From IMG/VR virus record IMGVR_UViG_3300038345_000144: a stretch of 64,000 nucleotides of DNA. The stretch is one strand, 5' to 3'. The notes beneath the pieces were generated by a model, which was not told the DNA's origin, did not search any database, and worked only from the letters and a program-made list of their open reading frames with translations. This document shows positions 27,130 through 39,100 of the stretch, one piece after another (within the stretch, counting starts at the first letter, position 1; the number at the start of each line of letters is the position of its first letter). The stretch is from a virus. Taxonomy: Duplodnaviria; Caudoviricetes. Made by a program: the position numbers and the translations under genes.

Positions 27130-28137
27130 TTATTTGCCTCCACCAGCAAATACGGTCAATGCTTCACCGTTTGTGTTTACTACATAGAAGCCACTACCAG
27201 CACGGTACTTGAGAATGTGCATCTTGTCACCGTGGTCTTCCCATTCAAACTTGTCAGACTCGTCTGGGTCAAGAATTTCAGTAAGATACTGTGGAGCACA
27301 TCTGATAACGAGTTCGTGGAACTGGTTAATCTCACTATCGTAGGAGTTGATGCACTCAACACACTTTCTCATACCGTTAGCGTTCAATACCTCATCGAAG
27401 CGTTTAGCGTCAGGCTTGATGTAGAACTTGAGCATAGGTGCTTCAGCAAACAAGAAGTTAGGTGTAGGTCTCTTGTTGACCAATTCCTCTAACCAATGAT
27501 GCCAAATTGTCTCTGGAATAAAGTATTCCTTTTCATCAGGGTCTTCAGCAAACTTCATTGAAGCAGGAGCCTTTGCCTTACCGCCACCCATAGCCAATCT
27601 GAAAGTAGCACCAAACAAACTCTTAACAACTGGGAGTTTGATTTCAATATCAGATGATAAATCCTTCATCGGAACCTTACACTTGATAAACTTAATCTTT
27701 TGCTTGGAGTGGTCACAACCAACAATGTACTGGGAATAATCCAAGAACTTTGTGCCTGCACCAATCAACTTATGAATATCGGTTAACTGGCTGATATTTG
27801 TAATACGAGCCTCTCTTGGAGCCTTGCCGTCGGTGATTAACTTATTAACAACCAACGCAAAGTAATAATCAGTAACAGGGTGGGTAAATGCCACACCAGT
27901 TCTCTTTGTGAATTCATCTGCAAGTGTCAAAGCACTGGTTAACTGACGATAGTTGTCAGCATCAATCTCTTCGTTGAAGATGAGGTCTTTCAACTCACCC
28001 TCGGTTACGCTTGGTTCCTTACAGATAGCCGTAAGTATGAATTCAGCCTTATCGGGATGGGACTTGAAAAATGTCTTGAAAATTTGATTATCTGTGTCTC
28101 CACTCCTTAATGTAGTCAATAAAATGTCTTCTGCCAT
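27130..28137 (-). CDS. Hypothetical protein, probable paralog of 29155-30249
   Basis: Shared PVVK...FG..FR.A...KAK...DP....IP segment. Confidence 0.65.
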   Translation of the reverse strand: MAEDILLTTLRSGDTDNQIFKTFFKSHPDKAEFILTAICKEPSVTEGELKDLIFNEEIDADNYRQLTSALTLADEFTKRTGVAFTHPVTDYYFALVVNKLITDGKAPREARITNISQLTDIHKLIGAGTKFLDYSQYIVGCDHSKQKIKFIKCKVPMKDLSSDIEIKLPVVKSLFGATFRLAMGGGKAKAPASMKFAEDPDEKEYFIPETIWHHWLEELVNKRPTPNFLFAEAPMLKFYIKPDAKRFDEVLNANGMRKCVECINSYDSEINQFHELVIRCAPQYLTEILDPDESDKFEWEDHGDKMHILKYRAGSGFYVVNTNGEALTVFAGGGK

Positions 28138-28143
28138 AGTGTT

Positions 28144-29139
28144 TTACTCCTCCTTAAATCCCATAGCCAATCTGATAGCCTTGCAAGCCTCCATTTGCTC
28201 TGGGGTCAATTCACCCGCATCTCTCTTTCTCTGAAATTCTGCCTGTGCTATATCTGCATTAAACGCATCTTTAGCCTCTTTATCTTCTTCCATAGCCTGA
28301 ACTTCAGGAGTCTGTGTAGGGTCAATAATCTTTTCTTCGTCTGCCATTGTATAATTTCCTCCTAAAAATATTTATTAACCTAATCTGCGATATACTCCAG
28401 CACCAGGTAAGACTTCACTCATAGACATAGCGTTCTCGTCATTCTTGATGAAGTCAAGTGCCTTGTCATCGACTTCGCCTAATTCAACAACCTTAACGAA
28501 CTTAACTTCGTTGAGAGGCTTCTGAATACCAGCGACAGTAGAGTTCTGCATAACCTCGCTACTCTTGATTGTCTGCTCATAAGTAGGATAGAGGTTCTTA
28601 TCACGGTCAGGATTTGCGTCACGGATAGTCTTGTAGGTCAATCTGATGCCGTGATTGAAGTTAAGTCTTTTTACGCACTGTGCCAAGTCAGCGAACTGGA
28701 ACTTTGCTACGAAAGACTGTACTCCGTTTGCGTCAGGGGCATAGACAGCCACTACCGTACCATTCTGCAAATCATAATCGTTATGCTTCTGAACCCACTC
28801 GTCCAAATACATTCCATTTTCAATGTTTGCTAATCCCATAATGTTTCTCCTTTATTTCATCGGAACTTTAGCAATATACCCGCAATTTCTTACGGATATG
28901 CTCATATTGTTATCTGTTTCAATAAGATTTGGGTCTCCGCAATCAGATGGAAAGCCTGATACCAACCCCGCCATCATCCACTTTTGCTTGTCATTTCTGG
29001 GACAAAATACAAGTTTATCGCCAATATTGACGGCAAATGAATTACCGAAGTTATCGTATAATTTCTTAACGGTGGGGTGGTCAGGAACATCTGCCACGCT
29101 TATTTTCCCATAAACGAAGGCTTCTATTGATGTTTTCAT
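28144..29139 (-). CDS. Three hypothetical genes (28144-28347, 28375-28839, 28852-29139)
   Basis: Operonic ORFs with RBSs. Confidence 0.6.
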
Positions 29140-29154
29140 TAAAAAGCCCCCTTT

Positions 29155-30249
29155 TTATTGAGGGCTGATAACATTCATATTATCGGGCTGGCTAATCTTG
29201 ATGATATACATATCAGGTGAGTCAATAGAATATTTTGCATCGCCTCTTGCAGTAATCTTAACACCACCAATAAGGTCAGCATCTTCGTCATAAATATCAC
29301 CACGACCAGTTACATCAGCCTCATTACGGGGCTTGAGGTAAACACCCTTCTTATTAACTTCAACTTTGGAGTCGTCAGCAATCGTAAGGTCAGACTGGTC
29401 AAGTCCATTCTCCGCACCAAGAATAGCAACTACCAAGTAACTGTTTACACCAAAGATAGACTCAATGTGTGCAGACTCGGTATTAACATAGTCCTGAAGT
29501 GACCTCTGGGCTTCCTCGGAGGAAAATCTTACCTTCTTACGGTCCTTGAGTTTCTCTTCAATCATATGTGCTAATTCAGGGCTTGGGATAACTAATTCGT
29601 GGTTAGGGTCACGGTTAGGATAGAGCAATCCCTTTGCCTTATCATTTGCAATTCTGAACTTATCTCCAAATACGGCAGGAACCTTAACGACAGGTACTCT
29701 AACCATAAACTTAACGGAGAAGTCACTGTTTGTAGCCATAAAGTCGAGAGTATCGCCTTCAAGCAGGTCGCTACTAACCATATAGTCCTCGTAGTTGAGT
29801 GGAGCAAGTCCCTCAAGTCCACAAAGAACTCTTGCATCTCTCAATGCCTGATAAGAACCAATGTTCTTGACATTGTTATACTTTCTACTGCAACAAGTAT
29901 AGTTTACCCAAGTTGCAAAGAAGAGGTCATTTGTAGGTGTACCCTGTAATGTTGGGGCATCGTTACCAGAAATCTCCTTCCAAGCATCGAAGAGTGTAAG
30001 GTGATTGATGATGTTATCTCTTTCAGCCTCTCCGATAGTCTCACGGAATATTGCAGAAACCAAGTCAGGTACAAGGTTAGGGTCACTTAACATTGATGTT
30101 AAGGCTTTTCCTGCATTTTCGGGGTGGTTCTGATAACCAGCCAATGCGTTATCATTGTTCTTCTCGCCAGACTCAAGTTTGGTCAAAGAAACCTCAACGC
30201 TAACAGGTTTTCCATTCATAATAACTGTTGTTTTGATTTTGTCAGCCAT
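29155..30249 (-). CDS. Hypothetical protein, probable paralog of 27130-28137
   Basis: Long ORF with AGGAG RBS; shared motif as above. Confidence 0.65.
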   Translation of the reverse strand: MADKIKTTVIMNGKPVSVEVSLTKLESGEKNNDNALAGYQNHPENAGKALTSMLSDPNLVPDLVSAIFRETIGEAERDNIINHLTLFDAWKEISGNDAPTLQGTPTNDLFFATWVNYTCCSRKYNNVKNIGSYQALRDARVLCGLEGLAPLNYEDYMVSSDLLEGDTLDFMATNSDFSVKFMVRVPVVKVPAVFGDKFRIANDKAKGLLYPNRDPNHELVIPSPELAHMIEEKLKDRKKVRFSSEEAQRSLQDYVNTESAHIESIFGVNSYLVVAILGAENGLDQSDLTIADDSKVEVNKKGVYLKPRNEADVTGRGDIYDEDADLIGGVKITARGDAKYSIDSPDMYIIKISQPDNMNVISPQ

Positions 30250-30562
30250 AGCCTTTCTCCTTTAATTTGATAAAATCTTTTTTATTTTTCGTCATCGTGT
30301 TCATACGGGCAAAACTGCCAACCACCTGAAATGTTGGTACAGTTACCGTTTTCACAAAAATCACAAAGCCTGCCCTGTTCGGTGCAGTAATTATCTTCTG
30401 CTTTCTCCCAATCCATAAGAACACCTCTTAATATTCTTCATCGAAATCACCAAAGTCGCTCTCGTCATCATAATAAGTGCATATTTGCCCCTCTGGTTGA
30501 GTACACTTGCCGTCTACAATGTATGGGCAAAAGGTACTACGATAGGCACAATACTCCATTTA

Positions 30563-31302
30563 TTACTTCGCTCCTGTCTTAATTCCTAATGAATTATATA
30601 AGGCTTCTCTACCCTTCTTCTCTTCGGGGGTAAGCAATCCTTTTTCTACTCTATCTTGATAATCGGTCAACTCGACATCTTTCTCAAAAGCCTGAACATC
30701 GAGTTCGTCCTCGGTCATTTCTTCGGGTTTCTTTGTAAGTTTGATAATCATAATAACATTTCCTTTCTATTGTTGGTTCGTTAAAACTCGCTGTAAATCG
30801 CCTTTAGTATGTCACTGGCGGTTGTTTTATAGGTTTTCGCATCGGCACTGTATATATCTGTACCCATCGACCACTCCGCAGTTTTACTAAACAGATTTCC
30901 TTTTTCATTTACTTTATTAAATATAAATAGTCCTTCGTGGTGCATATAGTAAATACGCTCACGGAATGTCTTTGGTAGAAATAGTTTCTCTGTGGCGATT
31001 TGCTTGATATGAGCAGTTAACTCACTTTTTGAACAAATCATATGGTCAGCGTGGAACCCTTCAATATTGATAATATGATAGGAACGCTTCTTATCACTCT
31101 CTTCACCTATCAAATAAACGTGAATTTGAGTAGAAACTATAACTAAAAAACGAGGGTCTTTGAACGCATCAATAAACGGATATTCAGGGTGGGCATAAGG
31201 CTTCCATACCCTATTCTCGTCTATAATATGACTCGCTCTAAAGAACCTCTCGGTTTCAGGGTTGAGATATAATACGGCTTCAACTACATCTTTTGTAGTC
31301 AT
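30563..31302 (-). CDS. Two hypothetical genes (30563-30751, 30781-31302)
   Basis: ORFs with RBSs in operon orientation. Confidence 0.55.
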
Positions 31303-31316
31303 AGTCTATATCTCCT

Positions 31317-31742
31317 TTATTCTTCTTCTTGTTGGTCTAATAACTCCAACGCATACATCATTCTCTTAAACAAGATTTCATCAATGCAGTAGATGTTTGG
31401 CTCATTAGGTCCAAAGTTAAACACAACTGCCGAATAGTCCTTGTTCATAAAGTTGCTTTCTTGCTTGTTCTTATCAAACCATTCCTTTTGCATTGTAAAG
31501 GACTGTTGCTTCTTGGTGCAGGTCTTACACTCCATAAGCCATTTTTGAGTAAGAACATCGCCTTTAACATTAGGGGTAGCCCCACTGTTGGGGGTTTTAC
31601 GCCCACCAACAGCACTTGCTACCGCCTTTTCTTGTTTACTTGAATAATATCGAGTAGGTTTATTAGCCTCTACCTTATCTAAAGGTTTCTTATAAGTAGA
31701 TTTAGTTTCTAATCTACTTAAAGGCTTCTTATAATTAGCCAT
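31317..31742 (-). CDS. Holliday junction resolvase-like PD-(D/E)XK protein
   Basis: QEK...NSGA...KGDV...ECKT; next to recA. Confidence 0.75.
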   Translation of the reverse strand: MANYKKPLSRLETKSTYKKPLDKVEANKPTRYYSSKQEKAVASAVGGRKTPNSGATPNVKGDVLTQKWLMECKTCTKKQQSFTMQKEWFDKNKQESNFMNKDYSAVVFNFGPNEPNIYCIDEILFKRMMYALELLDQQEEE

Positions 31743-31744
31743 TA

Positions 31745-33019
31745 TTAAGCCTCATTTTCGTCATCTTCTGTAACTTCAGTAGTTAAGTCTTCACCCTTCT
31801 CGTCATTCTCGTTATATTCATCAACATCACGGTCAAGACCACCAGAAATCTTGATAATCTTTGCCATATCCTGCTCGGAAAGGAGAGAAATATCCATTGA
31901 AGTCTTGCCTATATACTCATTGACCGCTTTGGTGTATTCCTCAACAAAGTCAGGGTTATCCTGAAAATACTTCAAGAGTTTAGGCTTACCTACAAACTTA
32001 AGAGGATTGCCTTCATCGTCGCTGTATGCCTCACCAGTGTTAGGGTCAATAAGATACCAAGTAGTACCTTCGAGTTTTGCGATATTGTTTCTGGTTACAA
32101 CTTCGAAAATATCAGTTGCCTTATCAATACCAGTAGCATATCTGAAAATCAACTTACCACCACTACGGTCAATTCCACCGAAACGGCTCTTTGTAATAGC
32201 AAATGAAGCAACGAGACCATCAGGAGTGATACCCTTTTCACCCTGAACCTTACCCTCGGTAAGTTCGAGGTCTGTGCCACAAGTAAACTTACGCTGTAAG
32301 AACCTAATCTTGAGTGATGGGAAGTAGTTAAGAGCCGTACCACAAGGCTCTGAATACTTAAATGCTCTCGTACCAGGAATTGGCTCTACAATAGAGTGGT
32401 TAATCATAATACATACATTCTGCTTGTCCTCCAAAGGTCCAAGCATCATACGACAGAACTTACTCAAGGACTTGGCTACGGTTGCCCTCATACCATTATC
32501 CTTGTCAAAGTCGTTCTCATATTCAATTTCTGGAACTAATGCCTTAACAGAGTCAAATACGATAAGTCCAATATCGTCATTATTCTGTAAGTCTAAAATC
32601 ATTTTGAAAATCTGCTCTGCGGGGAGACCTACGCAACGCAAACGCATAAAATGTTGTTCGTCTGTCTGTAAGCCAGTCCATCTTGCAAAGGTCTTAATCT
32701 GGAACGGAAGGTTGTGTTCTGCATCTACATAAATACAAACCCTATTAGGGAACTTCTTTTGATACTGTGCCATAGCACTTATCGCCGCCAATGTCTTACA
32801 ACCACCTGACGGACCTGCAAAGGTAATCATAGTACCAAGCGGAATACCACCGTTGATTGCGAAGTCTGCTGACAATGTACCAATGGAGAACTTCTGAACT
32901 TCGGGGATAACATCACCCGCCATCAAAATTTTGTCCCCATACGCCTTGTTGATTGCCAGAGCCGTCGCCAAGACACCTGATACGGGTTTCTTCTCGTCTT
33001 TTGTTACTTTTTTAGCCAT
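31745..33019 (-). CDS. recA: RecA/UvsX-like recombinase
   Basis: GGIPLG, GPSGGCKT, YVDAEH, IVFDSV, INH, KSRFG. Confidence 0.9.
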   Translation of the reverse strand: MAKKVTKDEKKPVSGVLATALAINKAYGDKILMAGDVIPEVQKFSIGTLSADFAINGGIPLGTMITFAGPSGGCKTLAAISAMAQYQKKFPNRVCIYVDAEHNLPFQIKTFARWTGLQTDEQHFMRLRCVGLPAEQIFKMILDLQNNDDIGLIVFDSVKALVPEIEYENDFDKDNGMRATVAKSLSKFCRMMLGPLEDKQNVCIMINHSIVEPIPGTRAFKYSEPCGTALNYFPSLKIRFLQRKFTCGTDLELTEGKVQGEKGITPDGLVASFAITKSRFGGIDRSGGKLIFRYATGIDKATDIFEVVTRNNIAKLEGTTWYLIDPNTGEAYSDDEGNPLKFVGKPKLLKYFQDNPDFVEEYTKAVNEYIGKTSMDISLLSEQDMAKIIKISGGLDRDVDEYNENDEKGEDLTTEVTEDDENEA

Positions 33020-33105
33020 AAATATAAAATTCCTTTCAATTTATTTTTTGCTTATGTTAAGTTATATGGACTAAAATATATACTTTATTATAATTAAATA
33101 GCCTT

Positions 33106-33919
33106 TCAGCCCATACAGAAATTGGAGAAACGCCTAAATTCCATAGGCTCTTCACAACTATCCAATTTTATGAACTGTCCATCTTCCCACTTAAAAAGAG
33201 TGTATGCAACTGAAATTGCAGGGACTCCTTCCATAAAGGTCTCAATAATACAATACTTGTACCTATTATAGTCAGCAAAGCACCAGTCATTATCACCTGT
33301 AAAATTCTCCTCAACTATATGTAATGCTTCGTCTTTATTAGTGCAAAATCCAACACGATATAGGTCGCCTATATCTATTATTCCATACTCATCTTTCTTG
33401 GGTAAGTCTTCAATCAATGTTATTGCGTGTATCATCATCACCGTTTGCTCCTTTGAGTTTTGCCTCTGCACTACGGCTGATAAGAATACTATTAAGGACA
33501 CCAATCATTCTGTGAGTTTCTTCTAATTTTGTTTTCATTGTGTTGGCTACGGCATTGTAAAGAATTCTAACTACCTCTTTATCAACTGTGTGGGCAGTAG
33601 CCTTATTCGTTCTATAATTCTGTGTACCCTCTGTGCCATTATAAATCTCGGCTTGTGCTGTTCTTTCAAGAGCAACTGCACATTCCTGTCTTAAAACGGC
33701 TAAATCTTTTGACGGAGCGAAATAGAACTCTTCAACCTGAAGTTCAAGAATTAAATTACGCAACTCCTTATTAGACATAGTTTCAGCAGAGTCTTTTTTG
33801 ATTTTTTTCATAGCCTCGTCAATGTTCTTTGTGTGCTTTGCCACAATATCCTTGACGACGGGAGCAAGATTTGAATAAGTATCTCTTAATTCATTATCTG
33901 CGTTTTTGTAATCTATCAT
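33106..33919 (-). CDS. Two hypothetical genes (33106-33438, 33410-33919)
   Basis: Operonic ORFs; second is helical/coiled-coil. Confidence 0.55.
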
Positions 33920-34250
33920 TTTGATTATCCTACTCCTTTATTTTGTAAGTCTTGCTTATTATAGCATAAAAATTTGGTGCTCGTAAAGTGTAAAACTGAA
34001 AATAATTATCAACTTCGGACAGGGTGAAATATAGCCGTACTGCCTTATTTTATTGTGTTTGAGGCTTTTTTAGCCGTGCTAACATATTTTTTGCATAGTA
34101 ACAATTTTTATGTTATTAAGCATTTTTTATGTTATTAAGTAAACCTCGGCAAAACATAAAGAATTGCCGAGGAATACTCAAACGATAAAGATAAAGATGT
34201 TTGAAGGCTTCATTATTTATATGATGTCGTTTTGGCTAAAGTGTCAACCT

Positions 34251-34652
34251 TCATATCACCTTATTTGTAACAGGTGTTCTGGTTCCCTTATGCACATATC
34301 TACGACAGAAGAACTGGAAGTTGTGGTCTGTGTCCAACAACTGATAGTCCTTTAACCACTTGTAATACTTCTGATGACCTCTCATCTTCGTGGGTCTCTC
34401 CCACATATAATTGTTCCAGTCCATTATGGTCTTGTAGTCCAAGTTGCCTGCAAAGACTCCCCTGCTAATCAAGTAGTCCAACAGAACTCCTACGAGCAGG
34501 ATTGCCATACAAATACCGCAAGCAATATCTACCTTCGCCCAGTCAGGACAATCTACTATCATACCAATACAAAGTATGCCAATAAAACCAGTTCCGAATA
34601 GAATACTTCTTACTCTCTGAACTATTCTTAATCTTCTTAACTTTCTTGCCAT
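34251..34652 (-). CDS. Membrane protein
   Basis: Two TM helices; AGGAGG RBS; upstream TTTACA..TATAAT promoter. Confidence 0.65.
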   Translation of the reverse strand: MARKLRRLRIVQRVRSILFGTGFIGILCIGMIVDCPDWAKVDIACGICMAILLVGVLLDYLISRGVFAGNLDYKTIMDWNNYMWERPTKMRGHQKYYKWLKDYQLLDTDHNFQFFCRRYVHKGTRTPVTNKVI

Positions 34653-34752
34653 TGTTATTTCCTCCTTGCGTTTGGTTGATGATTGCATTATAGAAAATGA
34701 CTATCCCAGTTGTAAAGTAAAAATGGCTTAAGTAATTGAACTGTACCCTGCT

Positions 34753-34769
34753 TGTAATCTGTTTGTAAC
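34753..34769 (+). promoter_or_regulatory. OmpR/PhoB-family direct-repeat box matching the WalR consensus
   Basis: TGTAAT-N5-TGTAAC. Confidence 0.45.
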
Positions 34770-34932
34770 ATTGAGTAAAAAAAGTTACATAATTTATGGA
34801 TATGGGTGGGTATAGGTTACTCTAAATAATAGTTATTATAAGAAACTACCATAATAGAGAGACATTGAACTTTTGTCAACTTTTCCGACAGAAGTAGTAT
34901 ATAATAGGTAATTATAAGAAAGGAGAGAGAGT

Positions 34933-35160
34933 ATGCTGGAAAATGCTATGGAAAAAATTTTGCAAAATTTGGGTGAGCGTTGGGACATACTCAAGGTCAA
35001 AGAAGATGATGAGAACTATTATGTGTTTACCACTATCGTCGAACAACAAATGCTCGGTCCGATTTATCAAGTAGTTAAGTCTTCTGGAAATATCAACTTC
35101 CTGCCGATGCCCGACCCCGACAGTTTTGCTTTAATCAATTCAGCAGTGGAAATTACCTGA
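34933..35160 (+). CDS. Hypothetical protein
   Basis: AAGGAG RBS; upstream TATAAT. Confidence 0.6.
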   Translation: MLENAMEKILQNLGERWDILKVKEDDENYYVFTTIVEQQMLGPIYQVVKSSGNINFLPMPDPDSFALINSAVEIT

Positions 35161-35164
35161 ACAT

Positions 35165-35255
35165 AAAAATAGAGTGCTACCATTCCCGACTTGGTAGCAC
35201 CCCGAAAAGAAAGGAGAAAACACTATGCTTGATTACAAAAAGCAATTTCAAACAC
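35165..35255 (-). ncRNA. Candidate small RNA with anti-SD motif
   Basis: TTTACA-N17-TATAAT (35290-35262), CTCCTTTCT, GTGCTACCA hairpin and U-tract; no ORF. Confidence 0.55.
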
Positions 35256-35393
35256 AACTTTATTATACGCCTATTCGCTAATTTTGTAAATGGTGGTACA
35301 AAAAAAGTTCTATATAGTAGGAATAGTTCAGGCTATTCCTATTTTTTGTGCATTGATATACCCATCCGTCCAAAAACATATTGTTTTAGGGTA

Positions 35394-35423
35394 TTTACAA
35401 AAACACAAAGATTTTGGTATAAT
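35394..35423 (+). promoter_or_regulatory. sigmaA-type promoter of plus-strand operon
   Basis: TTTACA-N18-TATAAT. Confidence 0.7.
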
Positions 35424-35455
35424 TGTGTTATCAAATAATAAAGGAGTAAACACTT

Positions 35456-36112
35456 ATGAGTTTTTGGACACATATTAACGGGGTTATCACCCTTGATGTT
35501 GCAGGCAGAACACAGGTAGAAATGGACTATATTATTGGTTCAATTCTTGACCATCTTCCAAAGGTTACTGGTTCAGAGCGTGATATGGAGTTTTATCTTA
35601 CTCCTGTTAAGGGTTCAAATTGTTCTTGTAGTTGTGACGAATATGAACAGGATAGTAACCTTCTTCCATCAAAGTATGGTGGAAGGTTTGGTTGGTTGGA
35701 AACCCAGTCAGTTTATTTATTAACCGTTCACGGCTCTCTCCGTGATAGAATGTTTGAGGAAACATTTAAGGAGTTTCTTAACTTTGCTACCCGTCTTGCT
35801 AAAAGATGTATGGTAACTGATATTCTGGTTAGCGTCACTGGTTATAGTGAGAAAGGTTATGGGTTTAAGAAGACTGTTATATCTGATTACAAGCCTTTTT
35901 CTGATATGTATGAATACCCAAGTTGGTCAATTGGCAACGAGACAGGTGAACCTGCTTGGTGGGAACACTTAATGTGGGATAGATTTGGCAATTCTGCATT
36001 ACCTCTTAATCTCATTGTAAAGTATTACAAGGATGAAAAGGCTGATGCTGAATGGGATAGGCGAATGAACGCTAATAACGGCGAAGATGATACCGAAGAT
36101 ACCAAACAGTAA
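35456..36112 (+). CDS. Conserved phage hypothetical protein
   Basis: MSxWTHING...VTGSE...GSLRDR pattern; RBS. Confidence 0.7.
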   Translation: MSFWTHINGVITLDVAGRTQVEMDYIIGSILDHLPKVTGSERDMEFYLTPVKGSNCSCSCDEYEQDSNLLPSKYGGRFGWLETQSVYLLTVHGSLRDRMFEETFKEFLNFATRLAKRCMVTDILVSVTGYSEKGYGFKKTVISDYKPFSDMYEYPSWSIGNETGEPAWWEHLMWDRFGNSALPLNLIVKYYKDEKADAEWDRRMNANNGEDDTEDTKQ

Positions 36113-36124
36113 GGAGAAATCAAA

Positions 36125-39100
36125 ATGAAAACATCGGACTTAATTAAAAAGCATATTTCAGAAATGGACTCAAAGGACCCTATTCTGTTTTACATTGTCA
36201 AAAAGCCACACAGAGAAAATAGTGAGGACTTTCATTTACGCTTTTACTCTGATGACTTTAGATGTCAGTGTGAAGATGACTTTGTAACTGGAAGTGAGTG
36301 TATGTGTCAGCAGATAGCATATCTCACCGAGAAGTACGCAAAGAGAGGAATTCAGGTAGTCTTTGAATTTAGTGAGCAGATGAAGCCAGATTATATTATA
36401 TCTGACAGTCAGTTTGCTCCTATTTATGATTACGAAATAATGGAAGCAAGGACAGTATGAATTTAGAATTAGTTAGTAACATTTTTTTAACCATATCGGC
36501 TTTTGCTTTTTGTTTCTGGATTGGTTTGCGTGTTTGGAGGATGTCCTAATGTATCGAAAAGAACACATACCACCTCTGCTATCGGCGGCAACGATACTGG
36601 GAAGAATTATCCGAGTATTGTTAGATAAACAGTTAATTGACCGTGAGGATGCCCTGTATATACTTGGGGATAGAGATTATAAGGAGGAAGAGTAAATGAC
36701 TGCTCTTGAGATTTTAGAAAAGATTAAAGCCCAGATTGAGAAAACATATTACAGTCAGGGCGAAGGCTTTGACGATTATTCAGATGGATTTATTAGGGCT
36801 AAAAATGAAGACCTGAAAATCCTTGACTGTTTTATTACAAGAGCCAAGTGGAAGGAAAATAAGAAAAGCAACAATGTCCAGACCGTTTGCGGAAACAATC
36901 CAAAATGGTGTGAGAGTTGCGTATCAAAAGGCAAATGTGCAAGTACAGGACCGCAAAGCGAGCGTGAGTTTATAGAAATACTTGCTCAAAATGTACCTGA
37001 TGATATTACTCCTGTTGATTACAGAGGAAAGCCTTATTATTCAATTCACTATAAGGAAAACGGAAAGGATTTTGTTGGCTTTGGTACTTACAAGCCCGAA
37101 GTATTATCCAGTTATTTGAGAGACTATTTTATGAAAGGAGATGCGAAATGAATACTACAAAATTCTTATTTTATAAGAGGATGATGGACAAACAAATTAT
37201 GCAATTAAGATATGCGTGAGGTTAATGAAGAATGAAATGCCCTAAATGTGGTACAGAAATGGTTTGGGTGGGTGATGTTCAAATATTGATTAAAGATACA
37301 GACAAATATCTTTATAAATTATCCAAGAAAGCATTTCGTAGTAAAGATATTAAATTGGTAGCAGTTAATTGGAATAAGGGAGATTTGTTTTGTCCTAACT
37401 ATTTACAATGTGGAAATCATCCATTGTTGAAAGGCGGTAAGAAATGAGACTTGGTGATTTAGATGCTTTGAAAAAGGAGTTTATAAACGAATTCTATACG
37501 GCACTTGGTCAGGGTGAAGATAGTTTTGATGTTATTGGTACTATGGCAAAAGTTATCGACAATGCCCCGACAGTTGAAGAAAGACTAAAAGGCGAGTGGG
37601 TAGTAGAAAAGAACAAGTTTGGTGATATTCTACATTGTTCTATATGCGGTGCAAGACCTCGCAGAAGTGAGTATGGATATGACTTACACGATAAGTTTTG
37701 TAATGAGTGTGGTGCGGATATGAGAAAGGCTGAAGAATGAGTGTTGAAAACGGTAAAGTCTGCTGTAATTGCCGACATTGTAAAAGAATAGCCAAAGAGC
37801 ACGGAAAACATATTGAGTGTCGTTGTGATATAGATAATGCTTATCTGACTTATACGACGGTTTTGAGTTATTGGTGTCGGCATTGGGCAAAAGAAAGCGA
37901 GAAAGGTGGTACGGAAAATGACAGATAAAGAAAAAGCAATAGTTATGGCTTATACGGGAGTTGCTATGCTTACTGGAGACAAGTTCTCTATATTTCATAA
38001 GTACATCGAGGACCTCTTGAACCGACCTGTGTTTACTCACGAATTGGCAAGCGAAGAGGTTTGGAACGAGATTAAGGAAAAATCAAAGGATGACTTTTTG
38101 AAGTTGTGTAGAGATTAAACTATTGCTGTGTAAATATACAGAAAGGCGGTGCGGAAAATGACGGATAAAAAGACCGTTTATTGGCTTAAAGAAATCAAAA
38201 AGGAACTGAAAACAAGAAGGTTCCCTGAATACAAAGACGAAGTTTTCGAGGCACTTGATACGGCTATTGCCAAATTCAATGAACCTGAAATCACATACGC
38301 TTGGCAGGATAGTATTCCTAATGTTGATAACGATTATGGTAAATATTCTCACACTTGCCCTAATTGTCATACGGCACAGCGTAACAAGAGTAAGTTCTGT
38401 CCCGACTGTGGAGCCAAAATGAAATTTGATGAGGTAACAAAAAATGAATGACGAAAAGGCATTAGAACAGTTAGAAGAATTTTTGGTGATTGATGATTGG
38501 TCAGCCGTATATATGCCTTACTTACAAGACGCTATTGAATATGTTATCAATCGCATAAATGCAGACAGGTGGGTTCCAGTATCAGAAAGATTGCCAGACA
38601 AAGAGGGCAAATGCTTGGTAACAACCGACTTCGGAGATGTATGTGAGGATAGTTTTGTGGACGGTATGTTTGTTTTATATCTTGGTAATGTTATTGCTTG
38701 GAAATATAAACCTGAACCATACAAGGAGAATAAAGAATGATAGATAACATTGACGAGGCAATTAAACATTGTCTTGAAAAGGCAGAAGAAAAGAAGAAAG
38801 AGGCAGACTACCTTGATGCACCTTACGGAATGGACACAAGCGAAAGAACAAGTTGCCTTGACTGTGCAAACGACCATTTACAGTTAGCCCAATGGTTAAC
38901 TGAATTAAAAAACTATCAAGACCCTAACAGGAAGTGTTCTAATTGCAAATATAACAGCCAGTGTGGTCCTGATTATGAGCGTTATGCACAAACAACAGAG
39001 GGAACTCTTTATAAACACAAGGTCAGCGGAGTTCTAAAACTTGTTATAAAACACCCAAAATGCAGAAATTGTAGTGCAACCGTTTTAAGACATTTTGAGC

